This document shows, one piece after another, positions 8,201 through 16,360 of a stretch of 64,000 nt of DNA (positions within the stretch are counted from its first letter, which is position 1; each line of letters starts with the position of its first letter). Both the position numbers and the translations under genes were made by a program. The notes under the pieces are model-generated. The model was given only the letters and a program-made list of their open reading frames with translations. It was not told the DNA's origin and did no database searches. The DNA is from an uncultured virus (IMG/VR IMGVR_UViG_3300030330_002209) (lineage: Duplodnaviria > Heunggongvirae > Uroviricota > Caudoviricetes), in the IMG/VR virus record IMGVR_UViG_3300030330_002209, positions 1-64,000 of that record, one strand, 5' to 3'.

Positions 8201-8578
8201 CTATTCATTGTAATTAGGGTAATAAAATTTAAGTGTGTCGCCATCGTTTATATTAAAATTGTAAACTCGGCAAACAGAAGGTAGTCTTTCACACTTGTCG
8301 TTAATACATATTTTTCTTTCTGTTTCGCCGTAAGAGCTGTTATCGTCTGCTAGAATAACTACAACTTTGTCAACATTTGTATAAGTAACCCAGTGGTAAC
8401 CTGATTTTCTTATAGTGCTAACTTCTAGATCTTCATCTAGTGGTTTATAGTTATTGCCATAGTACGAAGCAAAACTTATTCGAAACATTTTGTTACTTTT
8501 AAGCTCTACATACTCTGTTTGAGCTTTAGCTGATATACTACCTAGTAATATAGCAACTGATAGTGTTAGTTTCTTCAT
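8201..8578 (-). CDS. Putative exported protein
   Basis: Signal peptide MKKLTLSVAILLGSISAKA followed by Q. Confidence 0.7.
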   Translation of the reverse strand: MKKLTLSVAILLGSISAKAQTEYVELKSNKMFRISFASYYGNNYKPLDEDLEVSTIRKSGYHWVTYTNVDKVVVILADDNSSYGETERKICINDKCERLPSVCRVYNFNINDGDTLKFYYPNYNE

Positions 8579-8796
8579 TTATCTTTCATATATAAATCTT
8601 TTTAACGCTGTGAAGAAATACCAAAACAATAGATACACTGCTAAATCAATTGGCGTCATACTCATCGGTTTTCAGGTACATAGTTCTCCATACAACTTTA
8701 CCTGCATTATTATATACTGTATGCACGTAGCGTTCTCGATCGCTAGTGAGCTCTATTGTTTTAAGGTAATTTCCTACAATTTTTACTTTAAACATA

Positions 8797-9069
8797 TTAT
8801 TCTTCGTTGTAAACAGTTATTAATTTATTGTACATTAAGGTTAACCAGTAGTTACTACCGTAACCATCTTCATATCTACCACACCTTGGATCTTCACCGT
8901 TAGCCATAGCATCTTCAATATCATAATGCTGCCACTCTAATATATCATCAAGGTCTATTAGTATACTTTGTAAGTCTTCTTTACTTATTTTAACTGAGTC
9001 TTGTGATGCTTGACCATAACTCGACCCTGCAATTAGTAGCGCTGCTACACTTAATTTAATTTTCTTCAT
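8797..9069 (-). CDS. Putative exported protein
   Basis: Signal peptide MKKIKLSVAALLIAGSSYG followed by Q. Confidence 0.7.
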   Translation of the reverse strand: MKKIKLSVAALLIAGSSYGQASQDSVKISKEDLQSILIDLDDILEWQHYDIEDAMANGEDPRCGRYEDGYGSNYWLTLMYNKLITVYNEE

Positions 9070-9072
9070 AAT

Positions 9073-9255
9073 TTAATAGTATTTATCTGCTTTATATTCA
9101 TTATATTTCTTTTCTAGTTTAGCAAACCACTTGTCAAACTCGGCAAATTTATCATGCTCGAATTTTACTTTAACTGTAACTTTATTGTTTTCGTCTACAG
9201 TATATGTAGTAGTTTCTGTACCATCTAGTGTTATATGTTTGTAAGTATATTTCAT
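9073..9255 (-). CDS. Hypothetical protein
   Basis: Tiles with neighbours. Confidence 0.65.
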   Translation of the reverse strand: MKYTYKHITLDGTETTTYTVDENNKVTVKVKFEHDKFAEFDKWFAKLEKKYNEYKADKYY

Positions 9256-9256
9256 A

Positions 9257-9490
9257 TTAATTTCCTTCTGCTTTTAATTCATCAATGTAACTTTGTATGT
9301 AACCTACACCATCAGGTGTATTTTCGTTGTAAAACTCAAGTGCTTCAGACTTCTTGTCAAACAACTCGTCCATCATTTTTAGTATAAATTCTTTTTTAAT
9401 AATACCTTGCTTAACAACACTGTAATCATCTGAGTACTGAGTGTAGTGGTCAAGTTTTTGTAGCATTTCTGCAAGTTCTTGTTTATTCAT
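9257..9490 (-). CDS. Hypothetical protein
   Basis: Tiles with neighbours. Confidence 0.7.
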   Translation of the reverse strand: MNKQELAEMLQKLDHYTQYSDDYSVVKQGIIKKEFILKMMDELFDKKSEALEFYNENTPDGVGYIQSYIDELKAEGN

Positions 9491-9505
9491 AATTGTATTT
9501 TTTAG

Positions 9506-9545
9506 TAGTGTGGGTGGAATCGAACCACCATTAACCGTTCACACT
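9506..9545 (-). ncRNA. tRNA-like minihelix (acceptor stem plus T-arm only)
   Basis: AGTGTG-AACGGTTAAT-GGTGG-TTCGATT-CCACC-CACACT-A, followed by CTA as in the tRNA-Arg. Confidence 0.65.
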
Positions 9546-9775
9546 TAGTCTACTTGGAACTCTCTTGCCCAAGTCGGAATGTTATTTGAGCTAGTATAAT
9601 TACCATACTTAGTAAAACACTCCATTGTTTCTAGTTTCTCTTGATTAAAAGAGTAAACCGCATCGTGGTCATATTTAATGACATCACCTTTTTTGTTAGT
9701 AAATTGAACTACTAGTTCTTTACCAATCATACCTTTTGAGACTACAAATCTCTTTTTTTCTACTACGTTTGACAT
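9545..9775 (-). CDS. Hypothetical early protein, paralog of 11022..11246
   Basis: Shares RFVxSK..IG, FTNKKG, HDAVY..NQEK.ETMECF.KYGNYT.SNN.PT.AREF. Confidence 0.85.
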   Translation of the reverse strand: MSNVVEKKRFVVSKGMIGKELVVQFTNKKGDVIKYDHDAVYSFNQEKLETMECFTKYGNYTSSNNIPTWAREFQVD

Positions 9776-9781
9776 AATAAT

Positions 9782-10000
9782 TTAATTTAAGTTAAAGTTT
9801 TTGTTTAATAATAATTCTTGTGCTTTTACTGATACCCATCTTTTTTCACTTGGGCTACAAGTATCATAGCCGAACTCACCATATATTTCTTGAGCTAACA
9901 AATCTTCTATTTTATTATAGTATGTTAACATAATATCTATATCGCCATATTGTTTAGCATAATAGTAATGGTACTTGTATTTTTTTAATATTTTTTTCAT
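9782..10000 (-). CDS. Hypothetical protein
   Basis: Downstream of promoter copy 3; contains LAQEIYGEFGYDTC. Confidence 0.7.
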   Translation of the reverse strand: MKKILKKYKYHYYYAKQYGDIDIMLTYYNKIEDLLAQEIYGEFGYDTCSPSEKRWVSVKAQELLLNKNFNLN

Positions 10001-10014
10001 GATCTTTATTTATA

Positions 10015-10048
10015 TATATTATCCATTAGTAATTGTATTTTATTTGTA
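10015..10048 (-). promoter_or_regulatory. 34-bp early promoter-like motif, copy 3
   Basis: tatattatcc-attagtaa-ttgta-ttttatt-tgta. Confidence 0.75.
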
Positions 10049-10052
10049 TAAA

Positions 10053-10298
10053 TTATTTTGCTAATTTATATTGTTGAGGTAATTGATTGTTGAAAGTTAA
10101 TGTATCTTTAAATTTTTGAAGATTAAAGTATGGATTATTTTCAAGTATATCTGTTAGTGATATATAGATATAACCTTTATGATTGAAGTAATCAGTTGTT
10201 GATGTATTAAAGTATTTTGGTAACTGATGTAATTGATGAGGTAAATAAGTTTTGTTATTTAGTTTTAAAATTTGAATTGAAGATTTTTTGTAAGACAT
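10053..10298 (-). CDS. Hypothetical protein
   Basis: Downstream of promoter copy 4. Confidence 0.65.
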   Translation of the reverse strand: MSYKKSSIQILKLNNKTYLPHQLHQLPKYFNTSTTDYFNHKGYIYISLTDILENNPYFNLQKFKDTLTFNNQLPQQYKLAK

Positions 10299-10342
10299 AA
10301 TTTTTAATTTTTTAAGTATATTTTATTAAGTTTAAATTCATA

Positions 10343-10376
10343 TATATTATCCAATACTCATTGTATTTAGTCTGTA
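10343..10376 (-). promoter_or_regulatory. 34-bp early promoter-like motif, copy 4
   Basis: tatattatcc-aatactca-ttgta-tttagtc-tgta. Confidence 0.75.
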
Positions 10377-10624
10377 TACTTATCGACTATTATCAAATCA
10401 AAGTCAGGATTTTGAGACACTTTTTTATTCATTAACTCTATTAAGTTTTCAATAGAACCACCTGATGATTTCCAGTGAGTAAATCCATTTGGACCTTCAG
10501 TAGTCACTGTAATCTGTGAGTAATCTAACTCGACAAGTATTGATTTGTCTTCAGGAGTATTTGAGTAGTCATAATTCATTAACTGTTGTTTAAGTAATTC
10601 TCTGTGTAGTCTAGTTATATTCAT
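10367..10624 (-). CDS. Hypothetical protein
   Basis: 85-aa ORF on the coding strand. Confidence 0.65.
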   Translation of the reverse strand: MNITRLHRELLKQQLMNYDYSNTPEDKSILVELDYSQITVTTEGPNGFTHWKSSGGSIENLIELMNKKVSQNPDFDLIIVDKYTD

Positions 10625-10793
10625 AACGGTATTTTTTTAATTGTTTAGTAAATATTTTATATCATCAATAGTCGTTTCCATGTATTTCTCTCGACATTCA
10701 TTCTTATTATATTTGAAAATATTTTTTAATAAGAATTGAAGGATTTTAATTTTTAAGGTCATAATTTATTATTTTTATAAGTTTAAATTCATA

Positions 10794-10827
10794 TATATTA
10801 TCCAACGAGTAATGTATTTTTTTTGTA
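10794..10827 (-). promoter_or_regulatory. 34-bp early promoter-like motif, copy 5
   Basis: tatattatcc-aacgagta-atgta-ttttttt-tgta; shares the flank aagtttaaattcata with copy 4. Confidence 0.75.
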
Positions 10828-10969
10828 ATATAAAAGTAGTTGTTTTGTTTATTGAATGAATTTAGTTATGAGTCATTCCGCCCACTCTCTCGTTTTACAA
10901 TTAAAGTTTCAATATATTGTAATATTATTCCGAGTATAATTAGTATTAGTAAATCATGTATCATAAAAC

Positions 10970-11017
10970 TGTGACATTAGGTTATTAAGTAAAGTATAGT
11001 AGGTGGCAAGTGTCACA
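10970..11017. promoter_or_regulatory. TGTGACA-N34-TGTCACA inverted repeat, copy 2
   Basis: Same arms as 3643-3688; lies just after the stop of 11022..11246. Confidence 0.55.
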
Positions 11018-11021
11018 CTTT

Positions 11022-11246
11022 TTACAGTGTGAACTCGCGAGCGAAAGTTGGTAAGTTATTACTATTTGTATAGTTACCATACTTTTGGAAGCACTCCATA
11101 GTTTCAAACTTTTCTTGATTTGCAGCATAGACAGCATCATGCTCATAAGTAAATGTTTCGCCTTTTTTGTTAGTAAATGTAATTACTGCATTTTGTCCGA
11201 TTAAAGATTTTGAGATAACAAATCTGTTTTTAGTTAATTTTGTCAT
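11022..11246 (-). CDS. Hypothetical early protein, paralog of 9545..9775
   Basis: High similarity along the full length; directly behind promoter copy 6. Confidence 0.85.
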   Translation of the reverse strand: MTKLTKNRFVISKSLIGQNAVITFTNKKGETFTYEHDAVYAANQEKFETMECFQKYGNYTNSNNLPTFAREFTL

Positions 11247-11276
11247 AATAATTTAATTTAATTTAGTTTATTTGTA

Positions 11277-11310
11277 TATATTATCCAGTATTGGTTGTAT
11301 TTTTTTTGTG
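11277..11310 (-). promoter_or_regulatory. 34-bp early promoter-like motif, copy 6
   Basis: tatattatcc-agtattgg-ttgta-ttttttt-tgtg. Confidence 0.7.
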
Positions 11311-11471
11311 TTATTGTCTTAATGCTATTGCACATGCATGACCAATTTGTTCGAGTGTTTTTAATAATTGTTTCATAGTATAAAGAATAAAGTTAGTTGT
11401 ATTGTTATAGTAAGAATTTGTAGTATTATTGTATTTGTTTTATTATATGTATTATTGTTTCTCATAACATA

Positions 11472-11505
11472 TATATTATCCAAATGGTAATGTAAAAAAT
11501 CTGTA
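11472..11505 (-). promoter_or_regulatory. 34-bp early promoter-like motif, copy 7 (first in transcription order)
   Basis: tatattatcc-aaatggta-atgta-aaaaatc-tgta. Confidence 0.7.
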
Positions 11506-11519
11506 GAATAAAAAGCTGA

Positions 11520-11684
11520 GGTGGGGCCAGGGGCGGGTAAGGGGTGGCCCGGGGAGGGGCTAGGGTGGGCCAGGGTAGGGGCCTAGATGAGGTAGGGAAA
11601 AGCAGAAACAAAAGGGGGGCTGGGTAAAACAGAAACGGTTTTGTAGGGGGAGGGGAGGGGAGGGGGGTAGGGGCAACACCCGGG
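11520..11684 (+). other. G-rich non-coding tract with G-quadruplex potential at the divergent strand switch
   Basis: About 19 runs of 3 or more G, e.g. GGGGGAGGGGAGGGGAGGGGGGTAGGGG at 11646-11673. Confidence 0.8.
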
Positions 11685-11768
11685 TCCTATATTTATAACA
11701 ACTTAAAAATAGTGATGCCTATGTGATAATAGTATTATCGATAATAGATTAATCTAACAATACACAAA

Positions 11769-12992
11769 ATGGCATTTAAAATGAATAAGCCCTCCATGGT
11801 TCAGGGCACTAAACGCTACAGAGACGCTATTAAAGCTATCAAGCTTAATAGAGAGGCTAGTAGTAACAAAACAAAAGAAGGTAGAGCAGAGTCTTCTGCT
11901 TTTCAAATGGCTGAAAAATCTTCTATGAGGTCTTACGCTGAGGCTAAAAAAAGAGATCCTAAGTTAGATGAGCACATTAAAGCTCGTAACGCTGCGGAAA
12001 AAGGTAGTCCTGAGTATAATGCTGCTCAAAACAAAATCAACAAAGCATACGGTAAAGGTCCTACTGATAGAAAAACTACAAAAATGACATCGGAAACTGG
12101 TAAAGGTGGCAAAACTATTGAAACGACTACAGATGCTGCTAAACCCGGAGTAGTTAAAACAAATGTTAAAGACGAAGCTAGAGGTGTTGAGAAAAGAACT
12201 ATGACAAAAGATGATGGTTCTGAAAGAAAAGTAAAGATCAAAGGTAGAAACAGAAGAACAGAAAGAGCTGATGAGTCAAAAGGCCCTAGAGAAAAAGGTA
12301 CTAAGACAAAAATCACAGATCGCGACGCAGAAGGCAATGTTGTAAGAAAAGAAAAAATTAGAAAAGATAAAGAAGGTAAAGTTAAAGGCATAAAAGTTAA
12401 AACTAAAGACGCTGTTACTGGTAATGTTACTAAAACTAAAATAGATAGCGAAGGTAAAAAGACTTCTAAAACTAGAAAAGGTTTTAAAGGTAGCGAAGTT
12501 GGTAAGTTCTTAACAGCTAAAGCAGAAGCTAGAAAAGCTAGAAGAGCTGCTAAAAAAGAAGAAAAGTCTTCAATGACTAAGCCTGATAGAAGAACAATGG
12601 AAAAAATTGAAGATAGTTCAATGACTAAGCCTAAAAGTTCAACGAAAAGAACTCGAAATCCAAATGAAGATCCTACTGGCATAAAATCTTCTATGCCTAA
12701 GCCTAATAGTTCAATGCCAAAGCCTAAGTCTTCAATGACAGCCGCAGAGAAATCGTCTATGAGGGCAGCAACTAAATCTTCTATGATGGCAGCTGAAAAA
12801 ACTCCTATGACTTCTCCAGGTAAGACTAAAAAGAAAAAGAAAGCTAAGTCATCTATGAGAGCTGCTGAGAAGTCTTCGATGACTGCAGCAGAAAAATCTT
12901 CTATGGAATTTAACAAAGAATTAAAAGCAGCTGCTAAAGCTGGTAAATTAGATAAGAACCCTAAATTCAAAGCTGCTGTAATGCGTGGCTAA
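11769..12992 (+). CDS. Highly basic low-complexity protein with MAFKM leader and SSM repeats
   Basis: K/R-rich; 11 SSM motifs; first gene of the plus-strand arm. Confidence 0.85.
   Translation: MAFKMNKPSMVQGTKRYRDAIKAIKLNREASSNKTKEGRAESSAFQMAEKSSMRSYAEAKKRDPKLDEHIKARNAAEKGSPEYNAAQNKINKAYGKGPTDRKTTKMTSETGKGGKTIETTTDAAKPGVVKTNVKDEARGVEKRTMTKDDGSERKVKIKGRNRRTERADESKGPREKGTKTKITDRDAEGNVVRKEKIRKDKEGKVKGIKVKTKDAVTGNVTKTKIDSEGKKTSKTRKGFKGSEVGKFLTAKAEARKARRAAKKEEKSSMTKPDRRTMEKIEDSSMTKPKSSTKRTRNPNEDPTGIKSSMPKPNSSMPKPKSSMTAAEKSSMRAATKSSMMAAEKTPMTSPGKTKKKKKAKSSMRAAEKSSMTAAEKSSMEFNKELKAAAKAGKLDKNPKFKAAVMRG
12560..12910 (+). repeat. Degenerate intragenic tandem repeat encoding (AAEK)SSM-type 7-8 aa units
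   Basis: KSSMPKPNSSMPKPKSSMTAAEKSSMRAATKSSMM...KSSMRAAEKSSMTAAEKSSME. Confidence 0.8.
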
Positions 12993-13006
12993 AAAAAAAT
13001 AAAACT

Positions 13007-13750
13007 ATGGCATTTAAAATGAAAGGAAGTTCCATGCATAAAGGAACAAAAGCACACAAAGACGCGTTAAGCGCGTTCAAAGCGGCGGAAGAATCTAGCT
13101 TGAAGAGTACAGGAGTTTACGAAACATATTTTGAAGATGGAGAGGTGAAGAAAAGAAGAATACCTAAAGAGCAGTTTTTAGAACAATACCAAGCTCAAGT
13201 AGCAGCAGGTGAAAACCCAGCTATTAATGTAGGTGGGACAAACCTAAATCAAGAAGGTCGAGTAAATGAATACGTATTAACAGGTGGTGATATAAATCTT
13301 GCAAAGAAACTAGATCTAGAAAGGGCTGACATTCAAGCACCAGGCGGTTTAGTAAAAACAGATACAAAGCAAGAATATTATTATCCTGGAACTGGCTCTC
13401 CTGTAACTCCTACTACAGACATATCAGGAGCTGCTCAAAGAGATAAAGATAGAATGGATAGAACGACAGGACCTCTTGACTTTAACAGAAAAGAAGCTAT
13501 ATTAGAAGGCCAAGGTATTGACAGAGGTGAACTTTTAAATTTTATAGAAAATCTAGACCCAACAATGCGAGCTAGGTTGACTGGAAATAAACAAGGAAAT
13601 CTTGGTGATATAAAAAATATGTCTAAATTAGATAAATTAATCCAAACCTTTGTTAACCAAGGTGGAAAAGTAACTAAAGGTCAAGGTAAACGATCACAAT
13701 CTGCTATGTCTAGTCCTGTAGTAGGTAGAAACCAAGGGACAAGCAACTAA
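13007..13750 (+). CDS. Hypothetical protein with MAFKM leader
   Basis: MAFKMKGSSMHKGTK...SAFKAAEESSLKS parallels the leader of 11769. Confidence 0.85.
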   Translation: MAFKMKGSSMHKGTKAHKDALSAFKAAEESSLKSTGVYETYFEDGEVKKRRIPKEQFLEQYQAQVAAGENPAINVGGTNLNQEGRVNEYVLTGGDINLAKKLDLERADIQAPGGLVKTDTKQEYYYPGTGSPVTPTTDISGAAQRDKDRMDRTTGPLDFNRKEAILEGQGIDRGELLNFIENLDPTMRARLTGNKQGNLGDIKNMSKLDKLIQTFVNQGGKVTKGQGKRSQSAMSSPVVGRNQGTSN

Positions 13751-13781
13751 AAATTAATATTAACCATTAAATAAAACCAAA

Positions 13782-14081
13782 ATGACGTATTTGTATTACA
13801 AACAAAGCAGTACGTGGACCGGTAATCCACAAGTAAATGAGAAAACCAAAGAGCAATGGAGGCATCTTGCAGACAAAAAGAACTGGAGGATCACTCAATT
13901 GCCCAACGGTTACTACCAAACAGAGGTTTCACACCCACAAAAGCCAGAAGACTGGACAGATGTCACTCGTAGAGAGACGCTGGAAGGTGCAGAAAAGGCT
14001 ATTGACGGCAGTTGTGAACACTTTACGCAAAGATTAGAGGCTACAAAAGGGCCTAAGGTAGTAAAAACTTTTGAAAAATAA
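13782..14081 (+). CDS. Hypothetical protein
   Basis: WRITQLPNGYYQTE...TRRETLEGAE; AT-rich leader. Confidence 0.75.
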   Translation: MTYLYYKQSSTWTGNPQVNEKTKEQWRHLADKKNWRITQLPNGYYQTEVSHPQKPEDWTDVTRRETLEGAEKAIDGSCEHFTQRLEATKGPKVVKTFEK

Positions 14082-14108
14082 CCAAATAATTTAATTTAAT
14101 TTAATAAA

Positions 14109-15680
14109 ATGGAATACAATCTCCCTAGCGAGATCGTTAAAGAGTTAAACTTTGGCGATGACGCTAAAAAAAAGGTGATTGCTGGTGTAAATAAGCTAGC
14201 AAAAGCCGTAAAATCAACATTAGGCGCCTCTGGTAAGTGTGTAATCTACGAAGATGCACGCGGAAACCCAGTAATTACTAAAGATGGCGTAACTGTAGCG
14301 CAATCAGTGGTGCTATATGATCCAATAGAGAACATCGGAGCTACTCTTATCAAAGAAGCAGCTCAAAATACAGTAAAGCAAGCTGGTGACGGTACCACAA
14401 CGGCGACCGTCCTAGCTGAAGCTTTACTATCTCACGTCTATAACTCTATGGACAAGACAACAACTAGAGAAATAAAGCAAGGTTTACAGTCAGGAGCTGA
14501 CAAAATCTTAGAATACTTAGATTCTATTAAAATAGAAGTTGATAATGACATGCTAACTAACGTAGCTAGCATATCTTGCAACAATGATAAAGAATTAGGC
14601 GCTATTATAGCAGAGGCTTATACAGCTGTGGGTAAAGACGGTGTAGTATTAATGGAGACTTCTGACACAGAAGAAACTTATGTAGACACTGTAGACGGCG
14701 TACAGCTTAACGAGTGTAGCTTAACATCACCACATTTTGTAACTAATACTGAAAAACAGAAGTGTGAGCTTGATAATCCGCTGATTTTAATATGTACGTC
14801 TGAAATACCTAATATACGTAGAATACAAAATGTACTTGAGCATGTTATCAAGCAAAACCGAGCTTTACTTATAGTAGCGCCAGTATCGCAACAAGTAAAG
14901 TCGGCGCTGTTAATGAATAAGGTAAAAGGTAACATTAAAGTAAATATTATTGATTTACCTGGCTTTGGTCCTACTAAAAAGGATACGTGTGAAGATTTAG
15001 CTATACTAACAGGTGCTACGCTGTTTAATGAAGAGCTTGGTGATGATCTTGACGCTATGAAGCCTGAAGACTTAGGTGAAGCTGAATACGCTGAAACAGA
15101 CGACAACTCTACAGTAATTACTATACAAGACATGCATGAATTAGCTGGCGAGCGTATAGACGAGGTGCATAAGCGTATAGCTGAAGAGAAGAACGGTTTT
15201 ATTAAAAAGAAACTAGAAGATCGACTAGCTATGTTATCTGGCTGCGTCGGTATAATAAATGTAGGTGCTGGATCAAAGGTAGAATTAAAAGAAAAGAAAG
15301 ATCGTGTCGAAGATGCTATATACGCTACTAAAGCAGCGCTAAAAGAAGGTATAGTGCCAGGTGGCGGAGTAGCGCTTCTTAATGCTTTTAAAAAAATCGA
15401 ACCTTCTAACGAAGGTGAAAAGGTTTTACTTAATGCTATTAAGTCTCCTTTTAACACTATCATGCATAATGCCGGCTTTGAAACTATGGGTTATCCAAAG
15501 AAACAAGGTTTTGGAATAAACGTAGTAACAGGCAATGAAGTTAATATGGTAGAAGAAGGTATTATAGATCCGGTTTTGGTTACAAAATCGGCGCTAAAAA
15601 ACGCGGTGAGTGTAGTATCTACTATTATCTCTGCTGATTGTGTAATCTCAAACATTAGACTAGATGAAAGCAGTAAATGA
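14109..15680 (+). CDS. groEL: Phage chaperonin GroEL
   Basis: AVKSTLG, ITKDGVTVA, AGDGTTTATVLA, KEKKDRVEDA, GIVPGGGVAL, GIIDP; no GGM tail. Confidence 0.97.
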   Translation: MEYNLPSEIVKELNFGDDAKKKVIAGVNKLAKAVKSTLGASGKCVIYEDARGNPVITKDGVTVAQSVVLYDPIENIGATLIKEAAQNTVKQAGDGTTTATVLAEALLSHVYNSMDKTTTREIKQGLQSGADKILEYLDSIKIEVDNDMLTNVASISCNNDKELGAIIAEAYTAVGKDGVVLMETSDTEETYVDTVDGVQLNECSLTSPHFVTNTEKQKCELDNPLILICTSEIPNIRRIQNVLEHVIKQNRALLIVAPVSQQVKSALLMNKVKGNIKVNIIDLPGFGPTKKDTCEDLAILTGATLFNEELGDDLDAMKPEDLGEAEYAETDDNSTVITIQDMHELAGERIDEVHKRIAEEKNGFIKKKLEDRLAMLSGCVGIINVGAGSKVELKEKKDRVEDAIYATKAALKEGIVPGGGVALLNAFKKIEPSNEGEKVLLNAIKSPFNTIMHNAGFETMGYPKKQGFGINVVTGNEVNMVEEGIIDPVLVTKSALKNAVSVVSTIISADCVISNIRLDESSK

Positions 15681-15921
15681 TTTTATAATAGTAAGTAAAG
15701 ATAAGGTTACACCTAAAAAAGTAGCAGGTCTAATTATAACAGAAGAGCTAGATGAAGATAACAGATATATTAGAGGTAAAGTTATATCCGCAGGTAATCT
15801 AACGCAAGGTATAAGTGATAATGATACTATACGCTATGACAAACACGCTGGTCACAGCGTAAGCTGGGATAATGAAATGTACGATGTGATAAGACAGCGT
15901 GACGTAATAATTATAGAATAA
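15664..15921 (+). CDS. groES: Co-chaperonin GroES-like
   Basis: 85 aa; AGLII mobile loop, RGKVISAG, DTIRYDKHAG, VIRQRDVII; overlaps the groEL stop. Confidence 0.85.
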   Translation: MKAVNDFIIVSKDKVTPKKVAGLIITEELDEDNRYIRGKVISAGNLTQGISDNDTIRYDKHAGHSVSWDNEMYDVIRQRDVIIIE

Positions 15922-16259
15922 TGGACACTAAATATTTATTTTTTGCAACAGGCGATGGTATGGACGCCGCTACAGACTCGGTTATTTATCCACTATCTTC
16001 TTTTAGAGGTATGGTGCCAACTAGCGCTACACAGATGCGTGTGTTTTTTGATCCTATGAATATAACAGATGTAGCTGCTGGAGATGTAGTAGATGTGGTT
16101 GGAATTACATTTGCTAGTGGAAACTATTTAACAGTGGCTACTGCTATTATAGATTTTATAAATAGTAGCAGCTCGGGCATTGTTAAGATATGCGACGCTG
16201 ATAATTCTGTATTCTGTAGTAATCTAATAACAGATTGCACTATTACATTAGCTGGGTAA
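15921..16259 (+). CDS. Hypothetical beta-rich protein, paralog of 16361..16711
   Basis: Shares YPLSSFxG, DVV, DxxNSV and ITxCxI. Confidence 0.8.
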   Translation: MDTKYLFFATGDGMDAATDSVIYPLSSFRGMVPTSATQMRVFFDPMNITDVAAGDVVDVVGITFASGNYLTVATAIIDFINSSSSGIVKICDADNSVFCSNLITDCTITLAG

Positions 16260-16360
16260 CGTGTAATAACTATTTATAGATTAAACATAAACTATAAACC
16301 AGAATCTTTAAACTTAAAATCTAAAACAAAAATTAATTATTAATCTTAAACTTTAAAATT

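Noticed and set aside
10310..10341. Tiny ATG-initiated ORFs directly after promoter copies (MNLNLIKYT, MNLNL, MTKAN)
   Set aside because: The ATG is part of the TATATG end of the motif, probably at or before the TSS; no support for translation
6515..11505. 34-bp repeats as a CRISPR array
   Set aside because: Copies are degenerate, spaced about 200-1950 bp apart with genes between them; no cas genes
12026..12970. 314-aa minus-strand ORF
   Set aside because: Antisense shadow of the low-complexity 11769 gene
14678..15463. 261-aa minus-strand ORF
   Set aside because: Antisense shadow of groEL
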